Shown: positions 25,118 to 37,957 of the stretch, in pieces
Position numbering within the stretch: position 1 is the first letter of the stretch
How the letters are laid out: every line of letters begins with the position of its first letter
Assembly (NCBI GenBank): GCA_964057225.1
Contig: OZ059895.1
Span: forward strand, 13,764,001-13,828,000
DNA: 64,000 nt
Direction of reading: 5' to 3'
DNA from: Auanema rhodensis
Lineage: Eukaryota; Animalia; Nematoda
Position numbers and translations under genes: made by a program
Notes under the pieces: model-generated
What the model saw: only the letters and a program-made list of their open reading frames with translations
What the model was told of the DNA's origin: nothing
Database searches by the model: none

Positions 25118-25564
25118 ATGGGATCTGTGAAATCTAAAGTTGATGTGGATGCTATTACCAAAGAAGTGAAATGTTACTTGATTAGTTTTATATTTAATTT
25201 AATATCTTTAGGTGAATTCTTCCCCTGTTTTCATGTATTCAAAGGATAATTGTTCGTTTTGTGTTAAAGCCAAAGAAGTTTTCGCGAACGAAAAAATTGA
25301 ATACAATGAGTGCAATCTTGACGAACTTAAAATTCAAAAACCTCGTGAATACAAGTCATTTGTTAATGGATTAGTTTATAAAACTCGTCAAACTAGTGTA
25401 CCCCAGGTTTGTTTTAGAGATCAAATTATCTTCTTATGTTCGTTTAGATATTCATTTGTGGAAAATTTGTGGGTGGATTCACTGAATTAGAAAAACTTAG
25501 TAATTCTAAAAAACTACTCGAAGCAATAGCCGAGTGCACTGGAGAGAATTCCATAAAAGAATGA
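25118..25564 (+). CDS. glrx-21: Dithiol glutaredoxin (CSFC) with an N-terminal MGxxxS myristoylation-like motif
   Basis: Reads MGSVKSKVDV..|VNSSPVFMYSKDNCSFCVKAK..VNGLVYKTRQTSVPQ|IFICGKFVGGFTEL..AIAECTGEN. Three exons. Confidence 0.9.
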
Positions 25565-26130
25565 TTAATGTGATTTGCAGAAAATACAAATTTATTTTTA
25601 TAAAAAGAATCCAACGATTTTAAATAAATCATAATATCAAATTTTGAGGTTTAAAATCTATTTGATTGATTAATTAATAATTAAATGTTTGGAGGTGTTT
25701 ATTCATATACAGATATAGTTATGTATATTTATTTTCTGATTTCTTTAAGGAAATTCAATTAACTCATAATATACAACTCTAGAAATTCGAATCAGCTAGT
25801 AACTGCATTCTATACCAAATTCTGAAAATAATAATATTGTAAAAAGAAAAGTTTTAAAAGGATGTGGCTTGACTTATTACTTGATAATAAAAGAAAATGA
25901 GAAAGAAACTTCTATTTAAGAACATTTCTTTCTGAATACAACATTCAAATACTAAAATAATATAATAGTAATCATATAACTTGGACAATGAGATGAGTGC
26001 TGGACAGTAGCAACTATGAAACTATGTCACAGTGTTAAGTAATCCCGTATTCGAAATAAATTTAATAAGTGTTTGTATCTTCATTCAAGGTGTTTCATGA
26101 ATTTTATCAGCCCAGCCATTAAAATCATTA

Positions 26131-29100
26131 TTATAAGCGAACACATCGTCCCGCAACGACTGTAAATCCTGGACAGCAAGCATTTTGGCATGGGGCCATT
26201 ACTGTCCGATCCCTTAAATTAATTCATCATAATAGTTTTATAATAAGTTAAATTGTAATACTTTTTGCAGCGTATTCCCGAAAATAGACCCAAGAAACCG
26301 GAACATTCAGCTTCCTCTGTCTTCCTCGTGGCACAAAGCCCAGTACAGGCGTGTACATTACAGGTCTGCGTTTCCACGGGGCTACCTCTGAAGTGAATTT
26401 ATTTTGAAGCGATTGATAAATTGTTTAGTTGGTAACAGGATAAATTTATGCTAGAATAATAAAACATACGAGCATGCAGCACCAGTTGGGCAAGTTCGCA
26501 CTCTCATACGACTTCCACAAGCACCGCAGCTAGCTGTGCATGGTGTCCAAGAAGACCATGCTCGCCAGCTTCCTGAAAAGGGGTAATATGCCTTAAACAT
26601 GCTGGGAAAATAGGGAAGTAGAGGGATTGAAAATATGTAGAAAACAACGTGCAAAAAGAACATCAAGCGTACCTTGTAATGGAACTGCTCGTGCTCTGGC
26701 CTCAAAACCTTTACCACCTCTATAGAAAGAGCGGAAGAGTACTACCATATCTTGTGTAGCAGATCTGATTTTTGTTTGTGGTGTACCATAACAACAGTAT
26801 CTGAAAATAGAAAAAATTGTTAGAAATCTGATGATGGGTGGCAATAACCTCATTCCTGTATTTGCAAAATCAGTTGAGTTGCGTACTTCAACGTAATCCA
26901 TACACAAAGAATGGCGAACTTTACAATACATTTCAAATTCTCCTACAAATTGGAATTCAACAATCTGGTCTTGTGGAGCAGTCAAAAGCCAAGAGCATTC
27001 CTGTCCTTCCTTAAAATCTTTTGGATATCCTGGACTATTAATTTTTGTCCAATCAGATCCAACCTGAACTCAATTTTTATTCAAGATGCCACTAAATACT
27101 ATGCATACAGATATTTTTCCTCCACATGTTGAGCCATATCCGGGCATTACTTGTTCACAGAACTGTCCAGTAAAGCCATCTGGACAACGACAACGGTCGC
27201 ATCTGAAATCATCAAAAATACAAATAAATAAAATTTAAAATTAAAACCTGCGAGGATCAGTATAACCACCTCGTTGACAGGGAAGTTTTCGAGAACAAAC
27301 GTTGCTACAATATATCTTATTCATCAATCTAATATCATTAAATGATAATTGATCTCGTTGTCCTGTAAAATAAAGTAAATTAAAAAGCTTTCATATAGAA
27401 GCTAACCGATTGTTTTCTGATAATCTGAGACAAAAGTTGTGATTGTAAACAAGTCATCAAATCGTGAGAACGCTTTACTTCTGAAAACAAAATTGAAAAT
27501 TGTTATGATTTTCTTCCTCTATACCTATAATGCATAATACTTCCATAATCATATGGTACACCAGCATTATCAACATCTTCTGGATATTCACGAAGAAATT
27601 GTCCTTTTGAATCCTAGAAAAAACAAAATTAAATGAATATTACTTGGATTTAAAAACCTTATCTATATTTTCCCATCTGACATTAACAAATTGGTCACGA
27701 TCTGGTCTCGACTGTTCATGCCAGAAACCTAATGCATGAGCAACTTCATGTGCAATAACACCTAACTAAAGCGAATATGAGATGAGATGCACATATACTC
27801 TTTGGAAACATACTCTGATACATTCTGGCGCTAAAGAAACAAGTTGATCTCCACCGTTAGGACTTTTTCCAACATTGCTAGCACATCCATCAACGTCAGT
27901 GAAAACAATTCTAAATCAAAAATAATTTTAACTAAGGCTATCTTATCAGTGAAAGTCCAACCTACTAGGTACATCTTCTTCAGCCCTTACGAAATTCAAA
28001 CAAGTAATATTATGCCAATGTTCTAGGGCAAGTTCAATAATACGTTGTTCACGAGATGCTAAAAGATATGCACAAAGTTAATAAAAATAATAAATTAGTT
28101 AATTTACTATGAGATCCATCAAATCCATATGGTATAGGTCGAGTAGGGTCCCAACGTCGGGTGGGATCTCCGATAAACTTTCGTTTTACTCTGTTACTTC
28201 CTTCTTGAAGAGCGCTTTCATAGATAGCTTTGGCTTGATTAGGAAACAATACTATGTCACCTGTAATGATTGAATGTAATGATAGGATGAAGGACTGATT
28301 ACCTTGGAAAAATTTATTATTTTCTTCTGGGTTCAAAACCTCTGTTTCAACATCGTCCTTCATACGGCGAGCAGCCCATCTCTGCTGACTAGCTGAATTC
28401 TGAAGTATCCATTACGTCTTTCATTCGAGAAAAATCAATTTTATCACTATGCCACATGACAATTTCAAAAAAAGTCTGATTGTTTATGGGAAAAATGAGT
28501 TAGAACCTTATCAAAATTTAAAATTTAATAAGATTTCATCCATGTTCATGAACAAGAAAGTAAATTAAAAGTTGCAACTACAAGAGATGTATATACATAA
28601 AGATATGATAGATATATATATACATTTACAGTATATTATTGTTCGTTACAGTATATTCATCGAACTATTGGTTAAGATGAAAGAAGGAAATAAGGTTATA
28701 TGAGGTGTGAATGATGAAACAAGAAATAGAATATTTAGCTTTTTGTCTTTTACAATGTTTGAACTCTTTTCTCCTTAAAAAAATACTTTTATATACAAGA
28801 TTTTTTAAAAGAGAGGATGATAGGATAAAGAGGAACGACCTTGCTGAAGAAAATTGTTAGTTTAAAAGAAATATTCTTCTAAATACGAAAAGTGAAGGTC
28901 GAAGCTTAATATACGGGTTTTAACAACATTTTTTTTTAATTTTAAACATTGAAAAGTTTAATATTAGAGAGAAAGAGAAAGAGAGGTACGGTCAAGATGT
29001 ATAATTACTATTTGAAGTTAAGAAGAAGTTGGAGAACAGCTTTCAAGTTCAAATGTATGTAAACCAACCTTATTTTCCGATCTTTTTACTTGAGGATGCC

Positions 29101-32100
29101 TTTCATTAGACAATGCAGCTAACTTTTCCATATAATAATTTATTTCTTTTTCTTCTTCTGCTGTCATACCCATACGTTGCAAATCTGAGCCACTTGTTCG
29201 CCGAGGAGTTGGATGATTAAAGTCAACATCCTATAATCAAATATTTATTTCATAAATTATTATTTTAAATAAATTTTCAAAAAATAACAAATCAGTATAA
29301 CGTCATGTACGTATTTTGACTTTTACTATCATAGTTGTTTGATGCTAGTCTCAGTTAATCGTTATGTTGTTTTTTTTTATCAAATTGCATTTTACAATCG
29401 AGTTTTATATATTTTGTGATGTTGTTGAAGACGGCCAGAAGCCAGTGTCCAGAATTTCACTTTTGGAGGTCACCCCCGTCTTTTGTCCGTTACGCAGCAT
29501 ACTTTTCATTACCAAGAATCCCGTTATCTAACCTTTTCGAAAATCATTCATCATTCATATGTATGGTAAGATTTAAATTTTGAACTAAAAATTCACAATA
29601 ACTATAACTATAACTTGAAAAGGAGTACTTGAAGAAAAGTGTTTCAAGCACCTAAACGACCATCATCATATGAAATGCTACTTTAGGTTGTATTCAACTC
29701 GATTATATCGAAAACAAATGAAAGGATAGTCTATATTGAACAACTACTTGACCTTGTCGAACTTTGATTATAAACTCTATCTATCGAAAGATAAGGCTTA
29801 TATTAGTTTATAAAAGAGCAAATGTAATATTAAAAGAAAGACTTCCGAAAATATTTGTCGATAATCATAATCTGAACTGTTTGATGAGTAATCCAAAAAA
29901 TGAAAAATATCTTTAAGAGAGATGAAATATGACATTTCATCATAATCAGTAGCAAGCTACAGACAAGTTAATGAATTAGTGCTTCTTGTCTATATTCCGG
30001 TTTTACCCTTTAAACTTATCTCTTGTAATGGGGGAAGAGTGAATGTAGAGGAACATTATAAGTAGTAGTAAAAGGAAAAAAATAGTAGTCTACTTTAAAT
30101 AAAACTAATAATTGAAGATTATAAGAATAAAGAAAAGAAAAAAAAAGGAATAAACATAAGCATTATTTAGAAGAAAACCTGTCTACTAATCGAGGGAGAA
30201 GTGTGAAGTGGGGTATAGTAGAGTTGCTTTCATCCATCGGCCATAGAACATACTGATGTATATAGATCAGTATCTTATTTACTATTCAAGAAACTTTCAA
30301 ATTATTGACTTGATGGGATTCAAAAATGAATTAAATCATGATTCATTATAAGTTAGACATCTACATGTATAAACATGATAGAGAGAGAGAGAGTATTCTC
30401 AGTTATTTTTACAGAAATCTTTGTAAATAAAAAGTAATTTTCAATACAATTTCTAAAATAAAATTGAATTTGATTAAAATAAACTTATTTTAATCAATAA
30501 TTATGTTTCTTTTTTATTGAAATAATAATTAATTATGGTTATAAACATATATAAACCTGGACTTTGATAGTTCGTTCATTAGCAGATCGTTTATGTATTT
30601 CATTTGTCTATTGCATATTAGAATGTCATTCCAAAATGACAAATGTTGTTAAGAAAAGTTGAAAAGAAGTGGGGCAAGTGGATTCGTTGAAGATCGGTCT
30701 GTCCTGGCTAGTGTTAACAAGAATCCAGGTCAGGGATGGGCCTTGGTTCAAAGTAATCAAGCACTATAACTTTGCTGATACTTTTCGTATTTTCGAACAT
30801 CATGATCAAACCATATTAATTTAAATGAAAATTTAAAAAATATTATGATATTCTATGCTTATATGTATTATAAATTATAAAAAAAAGATAAATTATAGTT
30901 GTATGACCATGATGAAGATATCTTTTCTTAACATTTCCGGGATAATTCATTTACGGTGATGACTCCATCAGATTAATTGTGATCACTCGTAGATAATTTG
31001 TCTGATTCTCTTCAAACTATTCGATTGTCTCGTTCTCTAATTCTCGAATACTCTTTACCTCAATCTGTTTCATTCCCATTACCTTATCAACATGCGGAAC
31101 CATTTTGAGAGAGAACAAATGAATATCAAACTATATAAATTAAAAGAAATCGTTAAAATTTTTGTAGATTTCAAAACAAGTTGCATGGTTCAAATTCAAC
31201 AATTTCTAAAACTTATTTAATCAAATATTATAAAGAAGAAGTAAACAATCATACTAATAAGAGCTAACATACTTTGATGATCATTATAGCCAATTACGAT
31301 AGTTATTCACAAAAATCATCGGCGAACTTGTATACGTAGGTTGATATTATTGATCTTTTTGTGTTTATTATATATTTAAGAATGAACTATCATAAGAAAG
31401 AATACATTTTTCGACCAAAATGTAATATTTTTATATTTCTTTAAGGAGGAAGTTTTCTTTTATATGATCTCTGTTTTATCTAATTAAAGAAACTATGATA
31501 TTAAATGAATAAAGTTCAATGAAACTGCTGTATCTCTAAATCACGATTTAGACTTATATATGAGAAAAGGACGATAGTTCATTGAAATTACGGTGAATTG
31601 GCCTTCCGGAAAATTCTCAGAATCGTTTTGGCGTAGACTAGTGGGGGTTACATAAGAAAAGGTGAAAGTTGTGTCATATTGAAAAAAGAAAAGGAACGTT
31701 CAGTAAAGTTTTGAAGAATAGAGAGAAATGCATCAACTGAAATATAAAGAAAAGAAATTAAATTATTAAAGAAATAAAGATTAATTTTGTGATTAAAAGC
31801 AAATCCTAATTATGAGATTATCTGATTATACTGCGTAACGGAAAGGACGAGATGTTAACACTTACTCAACCGATACTTTGGAAATTATGGATTTGAGCTT
31901 TCATGTTTTGGAAATAAACTGTAGGACAGAAGTAATTTACGAATACTTTCAGCAAAGTTTACATTTAGAATATTATTATACTGATATAGACTAATCTAGA
32001 TGGAATAAGAAATGTTCAAGAAATAATATGAAAAGCTGATAGTGAAGTTTACTGTTTACAAATTGAAGTGAATCAGTGAGTCAGTAGACGAACCTGAGCT

Positions 32101-32219
32101 AATGCTTCTAGATGTGCAGTAGCAGCAGTCGTTGTCGTGACGAGGCCGACGACAACGATAACGCTGGTTACGACGATGAAGTGATTAAAGAGAAGAAGAA
32201 GATAGCGTAATAAGGACAT
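26131..32219 (-). CDS. dpy-31: Astacin metalloprotease DPY-31/NAS-35 (procollagen C-proteinase): signal, prodomain, astacin, EGF, CUB, TSP1
   Basis: Signal exon 32094-32219 ([10 protein letters not shown]...) and pro exon at about 29069-29230. Furin site RVKR|KFIG, zinc motif [19 protein letters not shown], Met-turn [55 protein letters not shown] and TSP1 [12 protein letters not shown]. Confidence 0.93.
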
Positions 32220-32560
32220 GGAAGTGTGCTGGGTGATGATGCTTCGGCCACAGGGTGTCGGTGGGAGGAGTGGCGCTGATTGTGGGTAGGGTCTCTATGT
32301 CTCTTTCTCTTCTCTCTCTTCTTTTCTTTCTTTTCTTTTCTTTAACTCTCTGTCGTTCTTCTGTATAATGGTTAGGGTAGCTGGGTAGCCAAAATGCTGG
32401 TAAGAATTTGACGACGTTGTCGACGATCAGGAAGACGGCCACAGAGATAGATATAGATAGAAAAGGGAGAGTCGGGCACTGCGAGAAGAAAGAAACGAAG
32501 ATGATGAAGAGGGGCGAAGTAGACGATGGCTGGCGGTTGATTGGCTAGTAGTAAAACTAA
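32220..32560 (-). promoter_or_regulatory. GC-rich 5' leader/promoter of dpy-31
   Basis: A GC-rich island directly upstream of the ATG, with CT/GA repeats and a CCAAT box (TGATTGGCT on the + strand, about 32538-32546). Confidence 0.4.
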
Positions 32561-35500
32561 TAATAGTAGCCAGACCCATTAAAATAATACAAATATAATA
32601 TACATCATACTTTTTATACAGGATGACAGGAAACTTATTTGAGCTTTCACAAGTATTAACTTGTATTTTCTCATTAACTTCAGGTACTGTGTCTATCTAA
32701 TAGGTAAGAAGCCGAAGATCTGTATAATATCTTCTCAGAAATTACTTCACAACACTAGATTAAAGAAAAAACTTTTGTTTTCTTTATAGTATTAATGAAA
32801 AAACTTGAATATTCGTGCCAATAAAAACATTTCACATTGAAAAAAAAACAAAAAAATAAAGAGTACAAGTAGAAATTAAGAATTGTATACAATACAAGTT
32901 TTTCAGGGTAAAGTTAGTTTTAGAACGATTTCATCAATTTGCTTAATCTGATCATTTCACTTTGATCAGTTGATCATCTGTATTTACGTTATACAGAGAT
33001 CATATATACTGAACCTTTTGTTCAAAACCTATTAAACATAAGAAGACTCTCTTTAATTAATAAAATAAAAAGATTTTTTAAAATAACAAAGGATTGATTA
33101 TTTGATAAACGATTGATGTTTTAAATAGAAAATCCTTTAGATTGTTCAAATATTATTTTTGTGTTTTCAAACCATAATGAAACAGATTTGTATCAAATTA
33201 TATCATCCAATGTATCCCTCTGTCATGATGATCAACAACTTGTTCATCTGAAAAGGTGATATTTCTCCATTAGACCCACTATTTTATTCTATGATCTACA
33301 ACTTTCCTGATGTTTACGCCACTATCGATGGTAATCCATCAAGCCATAACCATTAGCTTCTCGTCCCTTGTCTTTTTCAGTCTTTCTTCTCATGATGTTG
33401 TTGTTTGATTGTCTCCATTCTACACTTTCGTAAAAACCACATCTTTATGTCCTTCTGACCTGTGGTTAACGGAACAAACTCAACATATTACAGATCGAAA
33501 GGCTTATCTCCTTATGTATATGTCCTGTTTTTTTGCTTGAAATTAATTCTTTTTTGCTAACTGTTAGGTTTAACTGTAATCTCAGAACTCCACTAGGAAT
33601 ACTGAGCAAAATCATGAATACTCGATTAGATATTAGTGATTTAATTGGGCGGATATGTTGTCTATCTTCTATTAACAAGTCATAATCAGTTTTCATCCAA
33701 TTCAAATAACTTGAGAGAGAAGATAGAGGTGAGCTAACATACGACTAGCTGTTTATTTTGACATGACCGAGTTCCAAGGACGACTTCAGAAGGTTTACCA
33801 TCAGAAATCAGTGTGATCATCTTGTTGGATTGAAACCATTTCAGATTAGAAATTTAGAAAAATATTTCTAGTTATGCCAATATTACCTATTAACACATGA
33901 TGAAAAAGAGGTTCTTGGTCGTCTTTCTAACAAAGCTCGAAAAATGAAGCCAAAAATAAATGAAACTGGTTCCGGGAGTCTTGATTGAACGAAATGATAT
34001 CATAAACGTGTTCTATCTGATGATTTTTAAAGATATAGAAATCGTAATCAAACATTTGTCTTGCCATAGTGCATACGTAAAAGAAAATTTTCTCGTTTTC
34101 TCGGTTACTCCGTTGCAAAACGCCATTTGTATTACAAAAATAAAAGATAAGGTCAGCTGACGACCTTTCTTATATACAAAAATAAAATGGGAAAAGCCAT
34201 GTGCCTGTATTAGACGAGTTCCCTCTTCCCCCCTCATCTTCTGTAGAGGATGTGTATCAAGCCCAGCATCTTGTCGTATGGCATTGAAACAAAAAAAAAA
34301 GAAATAAACAGATCAAAAATTACCAATCATTTCACTTTTAAAGAAAAATATTTCTGAATTCTTTTTATCGATACAACTAGTTCATCACAAAGTTGATGTC
34401 TTATATTAGTAAATAAGAATGATTCCACACATTGAACCATAGTAAATATGAGCTAAATTGAATTGTACATCGAATATATGTATATTATTACTATCTGAAC
34501 AACATTCATGATAAATAAGTAGCAGAAAAAATTGTATACAATTATGGGAGGGGGGGAATTGAGTACAATAACAAAGTAAACAACTCTCTTCTCACATATT
34601 CATAAATTCTTTTGTCCTTGTTATGATGAGCTAAAGGTTATATTAAACAAGGTATGTATAACTAACTGTATTCTAGTTATATCAACTTCAACTATATTTT
34701 GGAATTTGATTCGATTAGCACGTATACGCAATGATGACAATTTGACGTAAGCGATAGAGTTCAACTGCACCCAGTGCCATCAGTGCTAACAACGGTCGAA
34801 ATGAAGATGTTGAACCGGTTGATGAGAATCGAACATTCCCATCTCTCATACCATATATAATGAAAGAAAAAACACGATTTCGTTCTATTTGATTCAATAA
34901 TAACACTCATAACTTGCCACAACAAACACTTAAAAGCTAAACATCGAAACAGAACATGAAGAAAATGTCACTAATTTTACTTTAAAAACAATAAAAATTT
35001 CATTGAAATATCTAAATTTACAATAAAAATTAAATGAACGAACTATCAATATAACCAAACTATAAATAATTCTTTGTTATCAATATCTTTTTTTTATTTG
35101 CTGTCTTCATACTTGATGTTTCACAAGGGATCATGTTGTAGAATTATATATGATAAGTGTTCCATACAAAATACAAAATCTTTCATTTTATCAAGTTTCT
35201 AAAGTTCAAGCTGTATTACCTAAAATAGTCCCAACGTTATGATGGCCACTTTCACTAATCAGCGTTATCAATTATACATTTTTAGTAAGACTTGTGTTGA
35301 TAAAGCCTGCCTTAGCTAACTAACCTTATACAGGTCCAACTCCACAGAGTTCATAAGACAGGAGAGCTAATACATTTGGTATCCGGGATGCTATTGGGTA
35401 TAACAGTTACGATATCTTCTGAATACCGTAAGACAAAATGAATGTGTGCACCAAATGAGTATCGTAATCAACCTAAAATACTCTTTTTTGTTTTGTTTAC

Positions 35501-36305
35501 CACAGCTTTGAACTGAGAAGATTTAACTATGTTACACGAGCAGCATGGGATCAAATGATTTCATAAGCCTTCCTCTTGAATAATTTTTTTAATTAGCAAT
35601 AAAAAAAACTAATTACTTTTGCTTGTTCCCATTTATTCAAAGGTTGGAAGGTACTTTGCACTTCCCTACGACATCACTTCGCTACATTGATCTCATTCTG
35701 GAGAAATTGTTTGTATATCTTAAGATAAAAAACTTGAAAAAACTATAAATATTTTACAATACATTATATCTCGAAGTGTCTTCTAAGATTCTTGTTGCTG
35801 TACTCTTGATGCTTTTAACAGATCTTACTGTTCGCTAAATCAAAACTCTAAAAGAAGCCTCACCGAATTATACATCTTTGAAGCATGAACATAATAATAG
35901 TTCCACAAATAATATTATTTAAGCTTTTCCCGCAAGAATATATACTAATTATTTTCTAAAAAGCTTGGTATATCCAATAAATAATTTTTAAAAAGCCGCG
36001 TTGGACCGGTTACTGAGCGAACTCTAATTTAAAAAAACTGCTTTTTCTTCGTGTTTTATCGTTTATGTTTAATTGACAAATAGCTTTGTTTTCTTAAAAG
36101 GTCTTGAGAAGAAAGAGTTCAAAATACAACTCTTCTGCTACAAACTACAACTCTTATCATATGTTCCCCGAACAGTGCATGGATTTCTGTTTTTTTGTTT
36201 AATTTTTCAAAATTGTTTATGGAAAACTGTTGTCTCAAAATTAAAATCTTGTTTTATATATGTGATACACTTATTTGCATTTGGTAAGATGCCTGTTTTT
36301 TCAGG

Positions 36306-37957
36306 ATGAGGGTAACCATCTTGGGAGCGAATTCCCTTTTGGGGCAACATCTAATCAAGCAACTTCAATCTGAATCGGAAAATGATATTGAAATTACTAC
36401 ATGGTGCTTCCATAAAGAGCTAAAGAAGAAAATAGGTTTGATCCTACGAGAATATCTATACAAATTTGTTCTAATCAGAAGAGATTGATACTAATCTTAT
36501 GCATTATGTTGGTATGAAAAATCTTGGGAACGCTGTAAAGCATGCTAATATCGTTAGAACATCTTTTCCTTCTTTTTTTTTTAAATATTTATGTACTCCA
36601 GGTTATTAATCTTCATGAATACCAAGATCTAACAATTATACCTGATTCTCATTTGCTAACTGTTCACAACGTTGAATGTAAGTTTTCAATAGCTTTTTTG
36701 GCTCACTTTCATTTGAAGTTGTACGATCTCTTGTGTTTTTGCTGAATGCTAGTGGGAGAAGAAGTCAGGGTTTGATTCATCTATCCTCTTGCTTTGTGCA
36801 ATGTGGTACTAGTCTACCTAATGTCTATGAAGCTGAAATGCCAGCTGAAAAGTTTGTCAATAGTAGACCATTTGAGGTAATTTTCATTAGTCGATTCAGC
36901 TTTCTTTACCATCCACCAATTTTAGGAGTATTGTCACTCAAAAGTGATAGCTGAGGATATCATTAAGGAAAGTAACATTGATAATTTCATCATGTATGTT
37001 CATTTTATAAATTTGGCGACATAGCTGTCGTTCCAGCCGACCAACACCCATGTACGGACCTGGCGATGAAAGCTCTATCATCACTGATTTCATTGCATTA
37101 TCCAAATGGTTTGAATGTATTCCAGATGTTGGAGATCATCAAAGTGCTACTCAAGTAATTTTGAATACTTTTTAAAATATTTTTTATTCTCTTCTTAGTT
37201 TGCTTTTGTTGGAAATGTTGCTGTAGCTGTTACGTTAGCTATTCGAGAACTCTATTCTTCTATTCCAAATAAGTTGTCCAATATTTCCATGGGTAATTTT
37301 CCGTATGCCATTTTTTAATTTATTTTACTTATGTTATAGACAGTAATGATTCTGAATTTTCGGATGAAAGTATGGATGAATACAACAGTTCAAATATTTC
37401 TTTGCAAAATGATGATGAATCAAAATCAATCCATGAAATATTTTTAATTGGGGATGACAATGTACCCAGAAATATCTATGATTCTCATTCTCAATTGATT
37501 TGTGTAAGTATTCTTCATTAAATTCACTAAATCTGGAATGATTTCAGAGTGGAAAGCGTCCTTTATCACAAACACATATACCTTTTCTACCTTTGTACTA
37601 CTTATACATAATATTTACGACCATAATTTGCTTGCTTATTAAATTTATTGATATGCCAAAAGTTTTAAAAGAGGTTTAATCTTATTTTTTATGTCAGTTT
37701 GCTTTTTTTTTTCAGCTACCAGAACCTTACTTCTTCTACAATTATCTACATCAATGGACTTATTTCAACACCTTTAAGTCGAAACATTATTTAAAATACT
37801 CCAATAAATACTCATTAAAGGTAATTTGTATTATCATCATATATTTTATATTATGATATTCATTTTTAAGGAAGCAATGGAACAATCTTGCCGATATTAC
37901 AGACGATTATCATGTGAGTCCGTCCAACATTTTTCGTGGAAGCCTAAACTGTCTTAA
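36306..37957 (+). CDS. 3-beta-hydroxysteroid dehydrogenase/epimerase-like extended SDR
   Basis: Rossmann start MRVTILGANSLLGQHLI, LIHLSS, catalytic YCHSK (YxxxK), RPTPMYGPGD and FAFVGNVA, plus a hydrophobic C-terminal segment. Multi-exon, TAA at 37955-37957. Confidence 0.78.

Noticed and set aside
32185-32442. 85-aa - strand ORF with a K/R/E-rich run
   Set aside because: It derives from the CT microsatellite in the dpy-31 leader and is out of frame with the real signal-peptide exon.
31261-33742. 12-mer GAGCTAACATAC present twice (31261, 33731)
   Set aside because: Two copies of a 12-mer in 64 kb of AT-rich DNA is compatible with chance.
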